From a virus: DNA of 64,000 nt. This document shows, in pieces, positions 20,748-30,368 of this stretch. The DNA lies in the IMG/VR virus record IMGVR_UViG_3300037575_000021, positions 1 to 64,000 of that record. One strand, 5' to 3'. The position numbers and the translations under genes are program-made. A model generated the notes under the pieces. It had not been told where the DNA came from. It was given only the letters and a program-made list of their open reading frames with translations, and ran no database searches. Numbering within the stretch: position 1 is the stretch's first letter; each line of letters opens with the position of its first letter.

Positions 20748-21179
20748 TTACAGGAATAAATCAGATGTGCACGTACAATCGTTAATAACGAACTTCTCGC
20801 TTGGGTTGATCTTAGCGCCGATAGCTCTGCTTGGGCTGTAACCACCGCCCGGTAAAAGAGGGCAGATATCAGCTAAGGAATCAAGATAATCATCCCAAGC
20901 TACTCGACTAATCTCACCGTAGTTTTCTTTCTCTACGCCGCCAACCTTCTCTCTCTTTATGTTCTGTTCGTCAACTGCATACTTAGACTTGTTGAGTAGT
21001 GCAACTGATTTCAGTGTTTTACAAAGAGCCTCACTGTAATAGATATCGTCATCAGCTGGGATTTGATAATCAACAACATTGTTAATGATCATCATCATTT
21101 CGGTGTCGGTGAGGACGTTACCATCAGGAAGGAAGACCTTAGCATCGGCTAGAAGTTGTGCTCTATCTATTACTGCCAT
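20748..21179 (-). CDS. Head-tail adaptor
   Basis: Follows the major capsid gene; REKVGGVE motif. Confidence 0.65.
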   Translation of the reverse strand: MAVIDRAQLLADAKVFLPDGNVLTDTEMMMIINNVVDYQIPADDDIYYSEALCKTLKSVALLNKSKYAVDEQNIKREKVGGVEKENYGEISRVAWDDYLDSLADICPLLPGGGYSPSRAIGAKINPSEKFVINDCTCTSDLFL

Positions 21180-21205
21180 AATGGCTCCTTATTAGAATTC
21201 TTTTT

Positions 21206-21233
21206 AAACAAAAATGCCGCCCCGAAGGGCGGC
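21206..21233 (-). terminator. Intrinsic terminator after the major capsid gene
   Basis: GCCGCCC-TTCG-GGGCGGC followed by ATTTTTGTTT. Confidence 0.85.
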
Positions 21234-21250
21234 TGTTAGTTCGCTAACTA

Positions 21251-22372
21251 TTAAGGAGTAGTAGTAGTTAGGTGACGAACTAGCTGTGGGTTCACCAACA
21301 TTGGTAGAACGTTCTTCTCAGTCCACAGGGTAACACCGTTACGATCATCTTCTTTAGACCAACCGTATGCAGTTTGTGCAGTAGTGTTAACGTACTGACG
21401 AGTTTGAGCTGGAGCAAATACTTGCTTCATGAACGTCTCAGCACCAACTGGGATCATGTAAGCATCATCATCAGCGATTAGCTTAGTACCAGTGATAGAG
21501 GCACTGTAACGGATGTAGCGTAGACCATCGTGTGAATCGAAGTACTGGTAGTTGAAACGACCAGAACCAGAACCGAAGCTAGACTCAGGAACACCCATAG
21601 ATGCTAGGTCTAGACCACCACGCATTTCACGGTTCAGTGTTAGTGAACCACCACCACCTTGTTGCTTCTCAACTAGAAGACGTTGGTTGAAGAAGTTCTT
21701 ACCACAGATAACAATAGGCATTGTCATTGTGTTCATAGTCTTCTCAACATCTTGCTCTAGGAAGTCAAGCTGTTCAGCGAATGCTTGGAAGTGGTCAATA
21801 GTGTTGTTGTCCAGATCCATATTGATCTTAGCAGGACGTGCACTACCAATGATGTCAGTATAGAAGTTGTACTGAGGCATTGGGCCTCCACGAGTGATGT
21901 TTGTATCACTTGTTAGTAGTTGAGCAAACGCCAACTCATCAAATAGTTGCCATGCTTTCTGGCTCTTAGCATTCATTTGAGAAACAAGGTATGCTTCATC
22001 CATTAGCTGATCAGTAGTACCCGGGATTCTACGGTTAGCGTAGTCTTTTGGAGCTACATTAGAACGGATACCGAAGCTACCTACTTCGTAGATTAACTGA
22101 CGAGGCTTGTCTTTTTGTAGATCGTTACCGAACTCATCAAAGCGCTTACCACTTGGTAGCTGTACAGTGTGATCTAGTTCATCATACTTGAAAGTGTTAG
22201 TTTCAAGCATAACTTGGTTTGTTGTACCACCTAGTAGAGCAGTCAGAAGGCCCGGAGCAACTTCTTGGCGCTCAACAATAGGGGTAACATCTTGTAACTC
22301 GAAAGAATTCTCATTAGAGTGGCTTAACGCCTTATCGAATTCTACATTACTTTCAGAAATCTTAACAGTCAT
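21251..22372 (-). CDS. Major capsid protein
   Basis: 373 aa; lambda gpE-like C-terminus (FAPA...YVNT...E.NVLP...P); follows decoration gene. Confidence 0.85.
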   Translation of the reverse strand: MTVKISESNVEFDKALSHSNENSFELQDVTPIVERQEVAPGLLTALLGGTTNQVMLETNTFKYDELDHTVQLPSGKRFDEFGNDLQKDKPRQLIYEVGSFGIRSNVAPKDYANRRIPGTTDQLMDEAYLVSQMNAKSQKAWQLFDELAFAQLLTSDTNITRGGPMPQYNFYTDIIGSARPAKINMDLDNNTIDHFQAFAEQLDFLEQDVEKTMNTMTMPIVICGKNFFNQRLLVEKQQGGGGSLTLNREMRGGLDLASMGVPESSFGSGSGRFNYQYFDSHDGLRYIRYSASITGTKLIADDDAYMIPVGAETFMKQVFAPAQTRQYVNTTAQTAYGWSKEDDRNGVTLWTEKNVLPMLVNPQLVRHLTTTTP

Positions 22373-22390
22373 ATATCTTTACTCCCTGTA

Positions 22391-22882
22391 TTAAGATGTG
22401 TAAGTTGGGCTAACAACTTCAGCGTTGTCGATAACCATGATTCCAGCTTTCTCTAGAGCTTCCTCATAGATAGCTTGGTTAGGGGCACTGATAGTAGCAC
22501 CTGTGTAGTCAATTCCATCACGAACAACACCAGCGTTGTTTGCACCACGGAAGAATACAGTTACATCTTCAGTAGCTAGGTCTACATCACGGTTGTTGAA
22601 ACCAGCACCGAATGCTGTACCAACGATAATAGCTACAGAGCCATCGTTCGGTAGGCCAGAACCAGTACTACCGATTTCACCAATGTTAGTGTCAGCAGCA
22701 ATCTGCCAAGCTCCAGCTGTACCGTTATAGATCAATGGGATACCCATTGGCTGAACAGTTGTAGCTGCAATAGCAGGGGTAATGCTAGCAAAGTTAAATT
22801 GCATAGCGTTAGTGTTCTCAAAGGTATTTACGCCTTTAACAACATCTGTAAAATACTTACGACCAGTATCATTAACAGGCAT
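22391..22882 (-). CDS. Head decoration protein
   Basis: Size and position between scaffold and capsid. Confidence 0.65.
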   Translation of the reverse strand: MPVNDTGRKYFTDVVKGVNTFENTNAMQFNFASITPAIAATTVQPMGIPLIYNGTAGAWQIAADTNIGEIGSTGSGLPNDGSVAIIVGTAFGAGFNNRDVDLATEDVTVFFRGANNAGVVRDGIDYTGATISAPNQAIYEEALEKAGIMVIDNAEVVSPTYTS

Positions 22883-23598
22883 TATTTAGCTCCTTTTTGT
22901 AGGTCTTGTTGTTCCATGATTTTGTCAATCAGGCTTTTCTCAACGTTATCAGCTTCAGGTTCACCACCTTCACCAGCTTCAGCGTCAAGAGCTTTTTGAA
23001 GATCAGTGTCAGCTGTTTCTTTGCTGTCTTTAGCTTCTTGATTTGCTTTCTCTACAGCCTTCTCAACTTTAGCTTCAGCTTGAGCTACTAGAGCGTCAAA
23101 AGCTTTAACGATAGTTTCAGAAGCTTCAATACCAGCAAGTACGTCAGCAACCTCACCAGTTAGTTCAGCTTCAAAGCCGTAACCAGCAAGAGTGCCTTTA
23201 GCCTTCTCAACAGCATTCTCATGTCTAAGAGCTGCGATTTCAGCTTGTAGGTCTTTTACGATTTGATCAGACATATCATCCGTTCCTTTATCATTTGTCT
23301 CTCCCCCGATGTCATCACCCGTAGCAGGGGAAGAGGGGGTGTTTGTTGCATCCGCTTTAGACTTATCTAAAGCAGTATGTTCTTCTCCGATTTGATCTAG
23401 AATAGCTTGTTGCTCTTTTGTTAGAGGCTTCTTATCATTCTTTGCTTTAGCAAGAACCATATCATTCTCTAAGCTGCAAGCTCCACCCTGTGACCAATCG
23501 GTATAGGTAATTTCTGCACCTTTAAAGTCAAAGTGAACACCTTTAAGTACTCTCTTTGCCTTAGGTTTCTCAACTGCGCTTGATAGTAAATTAGACAT
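22882..23598 (-). CDS. Capsid scaffolding protein
   Basis: Acidic, Ala/Glu/Lys-rich coiled coil after the protease. Confidence 0.7.
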   Translation of the reverse strand: MSNLLSSAVEKPKAKRVLKGVHFDFKGAEITYTDWSQGGACSLENDMVLAKAKNDKKPLTKEQQAILDQIGEEHTALDKSKADATNTPSSPATGDDIGGETNDKGTDDMSDQIVKDLQAEIAALRHENAVEKAKGTLAGYGFEAELTGEVADVLAGIEASETIVKAFDALVAQAEAKVEKAVEKANQEAKDSKETADTDLQKALDAEAGEGGEPEADNVEKSLIDKIMEQQDLQKGAK

Positions 23599-24553
23599 CA
23601 GTTAACTCCTCAATCTCAGTAGCCTTAGCTCCGATACTGATTCCAGCAAGCTCTCCACTCTTACGTAGTTCCCAAGCAGTTTCGTTATGGAATTTAACTT
23701 CGATAAGTGGTTGGCCTTCACGGATATCAGTCTCACCAATAGTGCAATCCTCCTCAGCGACCCAAGCCTTGACAACAGAGAAAGCGTCTGTCTTATGCTT
23801 ATGGAATAGTCCATGTTGAAGAGTTTCGGATTTAATAGCTTTGTTTAAACTATTAACCATAGCAACTGTATCTTCTAGGGAAATAGTATCTCCAACTCCA
23901 TCAACATCATCAGGATGGATGTAAAGTTTTTCGATAGCTATCATTTCCTCTTCTTTGAACTGTTTGATTACAGTCTTACCTGAATCATTAGTTCCACCGA
24001 AGTGTTTGTTGAAGAAATTAAGAAGGCCTTTCTCAGTAGTCAGGTCATTCTCTTCTTCTACAACTCGATACTCAGTAAGTCTTACAACTTCTTCTGGGTT
24101 ACCTGTGATCTCTGCAGACACTCCAGAGTAAGTATAATTAACTCGGAAAGTCTTATATCCTTCATCAGTATAGATCTCGAAGTAAACATAACTGTCATCG
24201 GTATCCATAAGGTAAGGATAAACCTCAGGGTATTCTGAGCGAATAGCACTTGAGATAATGCTTCTCTTATCATTATCTGTATTCTTCTCAACATCTGAAT
24301 CTACAGACTTAATAACGTCTGGTAGCTCATTGCTAGGGAAGAACTTTTTATAAGCAGCTCTAATCTTTCGCTTAGCTGTAGCTTTAGCTGAACCACTTAG
24401 GTCTGTCTGATTGAATCTAGCAACTGCATTTTGCACATGAGATTTATCATGGATTGGAAATTTCCAAGTGGAGGTCTTTGAAGGATCCCCCACATAAGCA
24501 AAATCAGAAGCTGGTAATGATTCACCAGAACCAATCTTCTTTGTCTTAGCCAT
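23591..24553 (-). CDS. Prohead protease (XkdF-like) with an extra N-terminal domain
   Basis: C-terminal PDDVD..GD...LFH...W...KSGELAGISIGA. Confidence 0.8.
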   Translation of the reverse strand: MAKTKKIGSGESLPASDFAYVGDPSKTSTWKFPIHDKSHVQNAVARFNQTDLSGSAKATAKRKIRAAYKKFFPSNELPDVIKSVDSDVEKNTDNDKRSIISSAIRSEYPEVYPYLMDTDDSYVYFEIYTDEGYKTFRVNYTYSGVSAEITGNPEEVVRLTEYRVVEEENDLTTEKGLLNFFNKHFGGTNDSGKTVIKQFKEEEMIAIEKLYIHPDDVDGVGDTISLEDTVAMVNSLNKAIKSETLQHGLFHKHKTDAFSVVKAWVAEEDCTIGETDIREGQPLIEVKFHNETAWELRKSGELAGISIGAKATEIEELTDV

Positions 24554-24555
24554 AG

Positions 24556-26154
24556 TTAGTCCTCTAATGATATGGCAATCGTTTCACCACTCTCAGGATC
24601 GATAGCAAACATAATTCCATCTTCTTCTCTATCAAGAACAAGACTCTTAGCTACGCCACCATTCTCTGAGTTGGTCGAGCTTGATGCACCACCTGATTGA
24701 GTATTACCCGTACCAGATGTACCACCACTCTCTCCACCACGGCTTGTATCACCGTCATCAAAAGTTAACTCATCAATACCATCCGTTGGTAAGCCAGCCT
24801 TTTCATAAAGAGATGTAAGAGCCTCTTTAGTAAGACCTCCAACAGACTTCATTCTTTGAACAGCTTTAGAAAGAACGTCAAGATCAAACTCATCAGGATC
24901 CACAGGCTCAAATACTGGCATGTCTTCCCAATCAAGCTTAATGTTGTTGGCTTCTAGGATTGTAGGAACAAGTTGGTTGTTAATCAGATCTGTCTTCCAC
25001 AATACGTTGCGTTGAACGTACATAGCGTGTGTGGATGTCTGACTAGTACTAAGCGCATAAGAACCTGTAGAGTCCTGACCTAATAGTAGGAACCCAGATC
25101 CAAATACGTTGTAAATACTTTTACGTTTTTGATCAATGATATCTGATGTTTTGTACTGCTTACCACCACCGTCGATACCTTTGAATTGAATATCGTAGTC
25201 TTGGGTTTTGGTTGTAGGATCTACATCAGATGACAGAACTATATAGCTTGACTCACCAGCGTGTAACGCTGCAGCATCCTCTTGAAGGGCTGTATACTCA
25301 GCTGCCTCATCAGGATATGTGCCCGGGTCATTAGCTCTCTCAATCAGCTGGGAAGGAACTCTAAGCACTAGAGCACCACCGAGGTCTTTACTGACACCTA
25401 CAACTTCATACTTCTCAATAAGCTTCTTCTCTAACCAAGCATCGTAGCAATGCATAAGGGGAGAATCACCTTGAGGGTTATTATTGGTAGGATTGTAAAC
25501 GCTGTGGAGTAATTGTTCTGACTTGATAAATGGGTAATTAGCTTGCTGCAGGGCTGCTGTATCTAAGCTTGTTAATCCCTGAGCGAAATCAGTCATCTTA
25601 GGATTTCTATTTTTCTTAAGGTTTGGCTTTTGAACAAAACCGATAACCTCACGAAACTCTTTATCCCAGACCCATCCGTAAACGGACTTCTGATCTCTTG
25701 GTGCTAATTTCTTAAGAACTCTGAAGCCTTTGTAAGGCCCTGAGTTACGTTTTTCTGTAACAATATTCAGAAGGGAGAAACCGTAAACGATATCTGTGTT
25801 TAGGTTATTAATAGCCTGAAGCCAAGTGCCAGAACTCAAATTGCGAATATTGTAGTTAAGGAACTTAGCAACTTCCTCACTTATTGCTGATCCACTATTG
25901 GAAACAAACTTCCCACCTGAGAGTGCCATAAGCACTGGTAGATTAGTAACGTCTACAGAGTTAAACACTGCATCGTCAGCCATCATATTATCGAAAGTAC
26001 AGAGTCTACGTGGCATAGTAAGTTCAGTTCTACGTGTATCCTGAATGAACCTACCACTTGTTACTATTCGTGGCTGGCCTTTCTCACGATTGGTGATAGG
26101 CCTAACCACAGTTTTGCTTCCAGAGGTTTCAGCTTTATTGATATCTTCTGACAT
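24556..26154 (-). CDS. Portal protein
   Basis: 532 aa; YGFSLL, LAPRDQ, NP.G.SPL and GSYALS motifs; follows terminase. Confidence 0.9.
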   Translation of the reverse strand: MSEDINKAETSGSKTVVRPITNREKGQPRIVTSGRFIQDTRRTELTMPRRLCTFDNMMADDAVFNSVDVTNLPVLMALSGGKFVSNSGSAISEEVAKFLNYNIRNLSSGTWLQAINNLNTDIVYGFSLLNIVTEKRNSGPYKGFRVLKKLAPRDQKSVYGWVWDKEFREVIGFVQKPNLKKNRNPKMTDFAQGLTSLDTAALQQANYPFIKSEQLLHSVYNPTNNNPQGDSPLMHCYDAWLEKKLIEKYEVVGVSKDLGGALVLRVPSQLIERANDPGTYPDEAAEYTALQEDAAALHAGESSYIVLSSDVDPTTKTQDYDIQFKGIDGGGKQYKTSDIIDQKRKSIYNVFGSGFLLLGQDSTGSYALSTSQTSTHAMYVQRNVLWKTDLINNQLVPTILEANNIKLDWEDMPVFEPVDPDEFDLDVLSKAVQRMKSVGGLTKEALTSLYEKAGLPTDGIDELTFDDGDTSRGGESGGTSGTGNTQSGGASSSTNSENGGVAKSLVLDREEDGIMFAIDPESGETIAISLED

Positions 26155-26167
26155 CAGCTACCTCTTA

Positions 26168-26611
26168 TTAAACTTTACCAGACTCTCTGATGATCTTTTT
26201 GATCTTCATCGGGGCCTTAACATTCTCAGGAACCTCTACACCCAGCTCCTCGGCATAGGCTAGAAGATCATCCTTCTTCTTAAGGGAGCCTAGTTTAGAC
26301 TGGGGTGCTTCCTCTGCAGGGGCCTCAACCACTTCTTCGACTTTCTCTTCAACTGAGGGAGCCTCAGCTACAGGAGTCTCAACTTCAGGTGTTTCCACGG
26401 AAGTCTCTTCTACTTGAGCATCTTCAGGAAGAACTAGAACAGCCCTGCCCATGAACCCCATGTAGTTTCTCATAGTTGCATCGATACGTTTTGTGCTCTC
26501 ACTAATACGGTACCCATCAAGGATAGCGGCTTGAATATCTAGAAAGAACTGACGTTCATGGATAGCACCAACGCCTTTATTTTCAATAACTAAACGAGTA
26601 GGTTTACTCAT
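26168..26611 (-). CDS. Hypothetical protein with acidic linker and HeH-like C-terminus
   Basis: KKKDDLLAYAEELGVEV motif. Confidence 0.6.
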   Translation of the reverse strand: MSKPTRLVIENKGVGAIHERQFFLDIQAAILDGYRISESTKRIDATMRNYMGFMGRAVLVLPEDAQVEETSVETPEVETPVAEAPSVEEKVEEVVEAPAEEAPQSKLGSLKKKDDLLAYAEELGVEVPENVKAPMKIKKIIRESGKV

Positions 26612-26613
26612 AC

Positions 26614-27813
26614 TTAGCTCCTCTCAACTTTGTTCTTAGAAATAACATCCTTAGCATAGGTGTCACTTCGTTTTTGATTTCGTTTAACAACCCGTATACT
26701 CCGGGCCTGTGTCAGGTAATTGAATGCACTAGCCATAGCATCCACCCAATCATCTTTCTTAGTGCGCGTACTTCGTTCACCGTCAAACTTCTCAAGCTCA
26801 TCGTAGAGCTTATTGAGGGATTGTTTGTTCTTAAAGGTGCTTTCAACTACACGAACCAACCCAGCCTCAACAGCACTTGCGAAAGGCTCAAACCTTGATA
26901 GTTTGTTTTGGGTATTAGGGACTGGATCTTGTTTAGGTCTTAAACCCTCAGCTAGGAGTTTCTTAGCAGACTCTGCGAACTCAACCTTACCAGCTGCACC
27001 GGGGTCAATCGGAAGGACTATAGCACAATCTTCACCATCGTAATGGCCTTGCTGAGCTATGATCTTATCCCTCTCACCGGGGCGCTTTCTGAATCTTCCA
27101 TACTCTTCACGACCCTTCTCAGTGTTAGATTCAACGTGGTCACCAACTAAGTAGTAGAACCCATCAGGGCATTTACCTAATTTAGCACAAGCTGTGAAGT
27201 CAGGATGTTTCTCTTGAGTGGTAGGTTCTTGTGAAGCCTTATCCCATCCTCGTGCCCATACGGCATTGAAAGGAATGTTAGGGACTTTAACCATGTTCTC
27301 ACGTCTGAAGTAATTAGCTCCTTCAGCTCTTACGTTCCAGTTACCATGAAGTAGCTGAGCTTTATCTACAGGGCCTAGACCTTCTAGGAAAGCTTTGTAC
27401 TCAGGGTTGTTCTTCATCATCGGCGGATTATCGTAGATAGTCGCAGAGATGAATGTGAAACTAAGGATAGCTGCTTCCCAATCCTCTTCAGGTATATCAA
27501 ACCTTTCAGCTAACTCCTGACGGGTCTCACCCCAAAAGAAGTCACCTTCACGTCTGATAAAATAACGAACTACACCATCCCTCTCAGGAATCGGATAACC
27601 TTCATCATCAAGGTGCCAATCGATCAACTCTCTGATCTTATGATCACTATCAGGGTTACATGACATAACCATACGGGAAGGATATTCAGATTCTGAACGG
27701 AGACGAGACATCATATATTCAAGCTGTGACCATTCGAACTGGCAAGCCTCATCTACACCTATAAAGGTATACTGGAGACCCTGAATATTTAGCTTATCTT
27801 TTTCGTATTCCAT
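26614..27813 (-). CDS. terL: Terminase large subunit, exon 2
   Basis: Walker B FIGVDEA, coupling motif SCNP, nuclease motifs RGWDKA and KDDWVDA. Confidence 0.92.
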   Translation of the reverse strand: MEYEKDKLNIQGLQYTFIGVDEACQFEWSQLEYMMSRLRSESEYPSRMVMSCNPDSDHKIRELIDWHLDDEGYPIPERDGVVRYFIRREGDFFWGETRQELAERFDIPEEDWEAAILSFTFISATIYDNPPMMKNNPEYKAFLEGLGPVDKAQLLHGNWNVRAEGANYFRRENMVKVPNIPFNAVWARGWDKASQEPTTQEKHPDFTACAKLGKCPDGFYYLVGDHVESNTEKGREEYGRFRKRPGERDKIIAQQGHYDGEDCAIVLPIDPGAAGKVEFAESAKKLLAEGLRPKQDPVPNTQNKLSRFEPFASAVEAGLVRVVESTFKNKQSLNKLYDELEKFDGERSTRTKKDDWVDAMASAFNYLTQARSIRVVKRNQKRSDTYAKDVISKNKVERS

Positions 27814-28753
27814 CATTATATTCACACATAGGCGCAACCCTATATGCCGCCCATTGTAGGGCTGCTACACGTCACCGTGTAGATTAGACTATATCATAAT
27901 CCCAATATAGGACTCTTACCTTTTCCACCACCATAAGCTTGTGGTGTACTCCCTTACGGGATAGTCGTTGAACGTTTACCAATCAAGGTGGGATGTGAAG
28001 TGCTTAAACGTTCTTCTCGCTCTTATATCTGAAACCACTGCATATCTGCAGTTAAACAGAGTAGCTACTTCCTTTGTTGAAAAACCCTCAGAGAACTTTT
28101 TGCATATAGCGTTAACCTTCGTAATCGTCAGGCTCTTAGATCTACTACGGGAACTCCAGTTATACTCTTGTGAGATATACTTAAAGTTCTGCCCGCTCTT
28201 TATTGCACCTACGGTACTTGTGGGGCAGTTGAACACTTCCGCTATTTCACTAGTCTTAACCCCATCTTCCAACATCTTGCAGATTGAGTGGACTTGTTCA
28301 TCCGTCAAGTTTCTTTTTGGATTTAGTCCTGTTCTTACTGCATGTAGGCTGTTTTCTTGGGGGGTTGACCACTCAAGATTAGACCATCTATTATTAGATT
28401 TGTCACCATCTTTGTGATTGACTTGAAGACTCTCATAATCATCTACGGGACTATAGGCTAGAATCACTAGTCGATGAACATAGAATGTTTTCCTTTTCAA
28501 TCCAACAGTTACGTATCCGTCACTTTTTAGATGTAACGTTAGAAATCTATTGGACAATATTGAGAACACCTTACCATCACTAGTTACGCAATACTCTGGG
28601 TATCCTATATGTTCTAGGTTTTTCATAACTTACTCCATTTGTTTCAGTTTATCTTGATTAGTACTTCGCTGCTGATAATCTCACAAATATGAGACTTCCC
28701 AGCAATTAAATAAGTTTTCGACACATATTACTATGTGAAGGCACATTAATCTT
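27814..28753 (-). ncRNA. Group I intron in terL (940 nt)
   Basis: P AATTGCTGGGAA, Q TATCAGCAG, R GTTCAACGACTA, S ATGATATAGTCT; P9 hairpin; 5' exon ends in U pairing IGS GUGC; terminal G; splicing restores the frame KWQH-MEYEKD. Confidence 0.9.
27976..28626 (-). CDS. Intron-encoded HNH homing endonuclease
   Basis: YCVTSDGKV, VHRLV and VNHKDGDKSNN..SNLEW motifs; tandem C-terminal HTH-like repeats. Confidence 0.92.
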   Translation of the reverse strand: MKNLEHIGYPEYCVTSDGKVFSILSNRFLTLHLKSDGYVTVGLKRKTFYVHRLVILAYSPVDDYESLQVNHKDGDKSNNRWSNLEWSTPQENSLHAVRTGLNPKRNLTDEQVHSICKMLEDGVKTSEIAEVFNCPTSTVGAIKSGQNFKYISQEYNWSSRSRSKSLTITKVNAICKKFSEGFSTKEVATLFNCRYAVVSDIRARRTFKHFTSHLDW

Positions 28754-29080
28754 ATGCTGCCACTTCATAGAAGCGCCACTTGGAAAACGACAAGTTAGGT
28801 CATTCGACCTGAAAGTTGGCCTAATAGAGTCATCTAACTCATTGTACATATTGAAAGCGGTATCGAATATACCGCCCTGCCCCTTTATCTGGGGGGTGGT
28901 TCGCCTAAACATGATGATAGTTGTTTTACTATCATCTATATACCTCAGGGGTAACATTTGGAGAAGGTAGGATTTCCCCGATCCTGCAGCTCCGCCGATA
29001 ATACATATCTGAGCGTCACTGTTTAAAATCATTTCTTGCTTGGCTGAGGCTGGGCCCAACGTTTGAACTTCTTCAGACAT
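28754..29080 (-). CDS. terL: Terminase large subunit, exon 1
   Basis: Walker A GGAAGSGKS; FRRT. Confidence 0.92.
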
Positions 29081-29085
29081 CTAGG

Positions 29086-29295
29086 TTACCTCTTGTTTGC
29101 TACCTCGAAGTGCCCTTCTGGGCCGAAGTATTCTAGGGATTCGACATTAACTGCTAGAAGTGATGCACACTTACCTTCTTCATTAGGTGCGTTAGTAAAG
29201 TGGATCAGTGCTCCGTCTGCTTGGGCACGTTCTGCTTCAACAGTCATAGGGTTAAGCCCTTTAAGCTTAACTATGTATTTGATTTTGTTTGACAT
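29086..29295 (-). CDS. Small hypothetical protein
   Basis: 69-aa ORF directly upstream of terL. Confidence 0.6.
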   Translation of the reverse strand: MSNKIKYIVKLKGLNPMTVEAERAQADGALIHFTNAPNEEGKCASLLAVNVESLEYFGPEGHFEVANKR

Positions 29296-29330
29296 TTTGG
29301 TATGATATTTGATATGATATTTAGAAATGC

Positions 29331-29364
29331 AAAAAGGGAGACCCTCAATGAAGGACTCCCTTTC
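29331..29364 (-). terminator. Intrinsic terminator downstream of terS
   Basis: AAAGGGAGTCCTTC-ATT-GAGGGTCTCCCTTTTT. Confidence 0.7.
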
Positions 29365-29469
29365 GTGTTTTGAATTTTATGATGGCCACTCTTCCATGCC
29401 CCATAAACGTAGCTGCAGGGCTGCTTATGCAGTCAGCTACCTCTCCTCAGACTTCTAAGAAAACTAACC

Positions 29470-29838
29470 CTAGGTCATACTCAGTGAGATGACTTTACCA
29501 GTTGGCTTCTTGTCTGAGCTTTCCTCAGGTGGGGCCTTCTGGATACCATTTTGCTTCTCATCGTTCAGAACGACTGTATATGTCATATCTATAAGTTTAA
29601 TAGAAGCTTTAAGCTGGGTCTCCTCCTTGTCAGCATTCCTCATCAATGAGACGAGCTTTTGAATGGCTTCAGGAGCGTTTTTCTTTAAGAGTTCTTTCAG
29701 AGCGGGGTCTGATGGGAGCTTGTTCTTGCTGCCTAGTGGTCTACCTCGTCTATTAATCCCATCGGGATTTGAGGCAAAACCTTTCTTGGATTTATCATCC
29801 GACATTAACTTCTCCATGGTTGCCTTAGCGATCTTCAC
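29470..29838 (-). CDS. terS: Terminase small subunit-like protein (true start probably ATG 29805)
   Basis: GF..NP.GIN..GRP.GSKNK motif; upstream of terL. Confidence 0.7.
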   Translation of the reverse strand: MKIAKATMEKLMSDDKSKKGFASNPDGINRRGRPLGSKNKLPSDPALKELLKKNAPEAIQKLVSLMRNADKEETQLKASIKLIDMTYTVVLNDEKQNGIQKAPPEESSDKKPTGKVISLSMT

Positions 29839-29912
29839 AGATGACTGTAGCGAGCTACGTAACGCTGTAGCGCGAGATCGATCACCTCCTTAGTTAGAAG
29901 GTTACTAAGATC

Positions 29913-29988
29913 TGGTAGCGGTAGCTGGATTCGAACCAACGATCTACAGGTAATGAGCCTGTCGAGATGACCACTTCTCTATACCGCA
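29913..29988 (-). tRNA. tRNA-Met(CAT), initiator-like (1:72 mismatch)
   Basis: Cloverleaf; ACAGG-CTCATTA-CCTGT; CCA end. Confidence 0.85.
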
Positions 29989-30056
29989 TCAAATAGGTTG
30001 GAGACCGACCTGCTAGATTAAACTAGGCGGGGGGCCTGTGTGTCAGTCTCCAAATA

Positions 30057-30116
30057 TGGTCGGGACTGATGAATCGAACATCATCAGGCTGATCAACACC
30101 TGTCCATTTAATCCCG
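30057..30116 (-). ncRNA. D-armless tRNA-like RNA
   Basis: 7-bp acceptor stem plus ACCA, TTCGATT T-loop, anticodon-like stem, no D arm. Confidence 0.6.
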
Positions 30117-30121
30117 TTAAT

Positions 30122-30206
30122 TGGTGGGGCCGGTAGGAGTCGAACCTACACAGTGTGGTAGCGTCTCGTTTACAGCGAGGTGGGCTCTCCAGTGCCCAGC
30201 GTCCCC
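30122..30206 (-). tRNA. tRNA-Tyr(GTA)
   Basis: CTGTAAA loop; long variable arm; CCA. Confidence 0.9.
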
Positions 30207-30230
30207 TTAATTTCTTAACCTTATATATTA

Positions 30231-30258
30231 AGTATACCATACTTTCTGGATTTGTCAA
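30231..30258 (-). promoter_or_regulatory. Sigma70-type promoter (TTGACAAATCC family)
   Basis: TTGACA-16-TATACT with TG extension. Confidence 0.75.
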
Positions 30259-30285
30259 CCCCCTAAGGTAGAAATAATTTAAAAT

Positions 30286-30362
30286 TGGTCGGAAATAAAG
30301 GATTCGAACCTTTGACCCCATGCTCCCAAAGCATGTGCGCTACCAGACTGCGCTAATTTCCG
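30286..30362 (-). tRNA. tRNA-Pro(TGG)
   Basis: CATGC-TTTGGGA-GCATG; CCA. Confidence 0.93.
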
Positions 30363-30368
30363 ATAATA

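Noticed and set aside
26614-29080. terL pseudogene or intein
   Set aside because: Group I intron core and an in-frame splice junction explain the split; stop codons exclude an intein.
29880-29892. 16S rRNA fragment
   Set aside because: Only 13 nt match and there is no flanking rRNA sequence.
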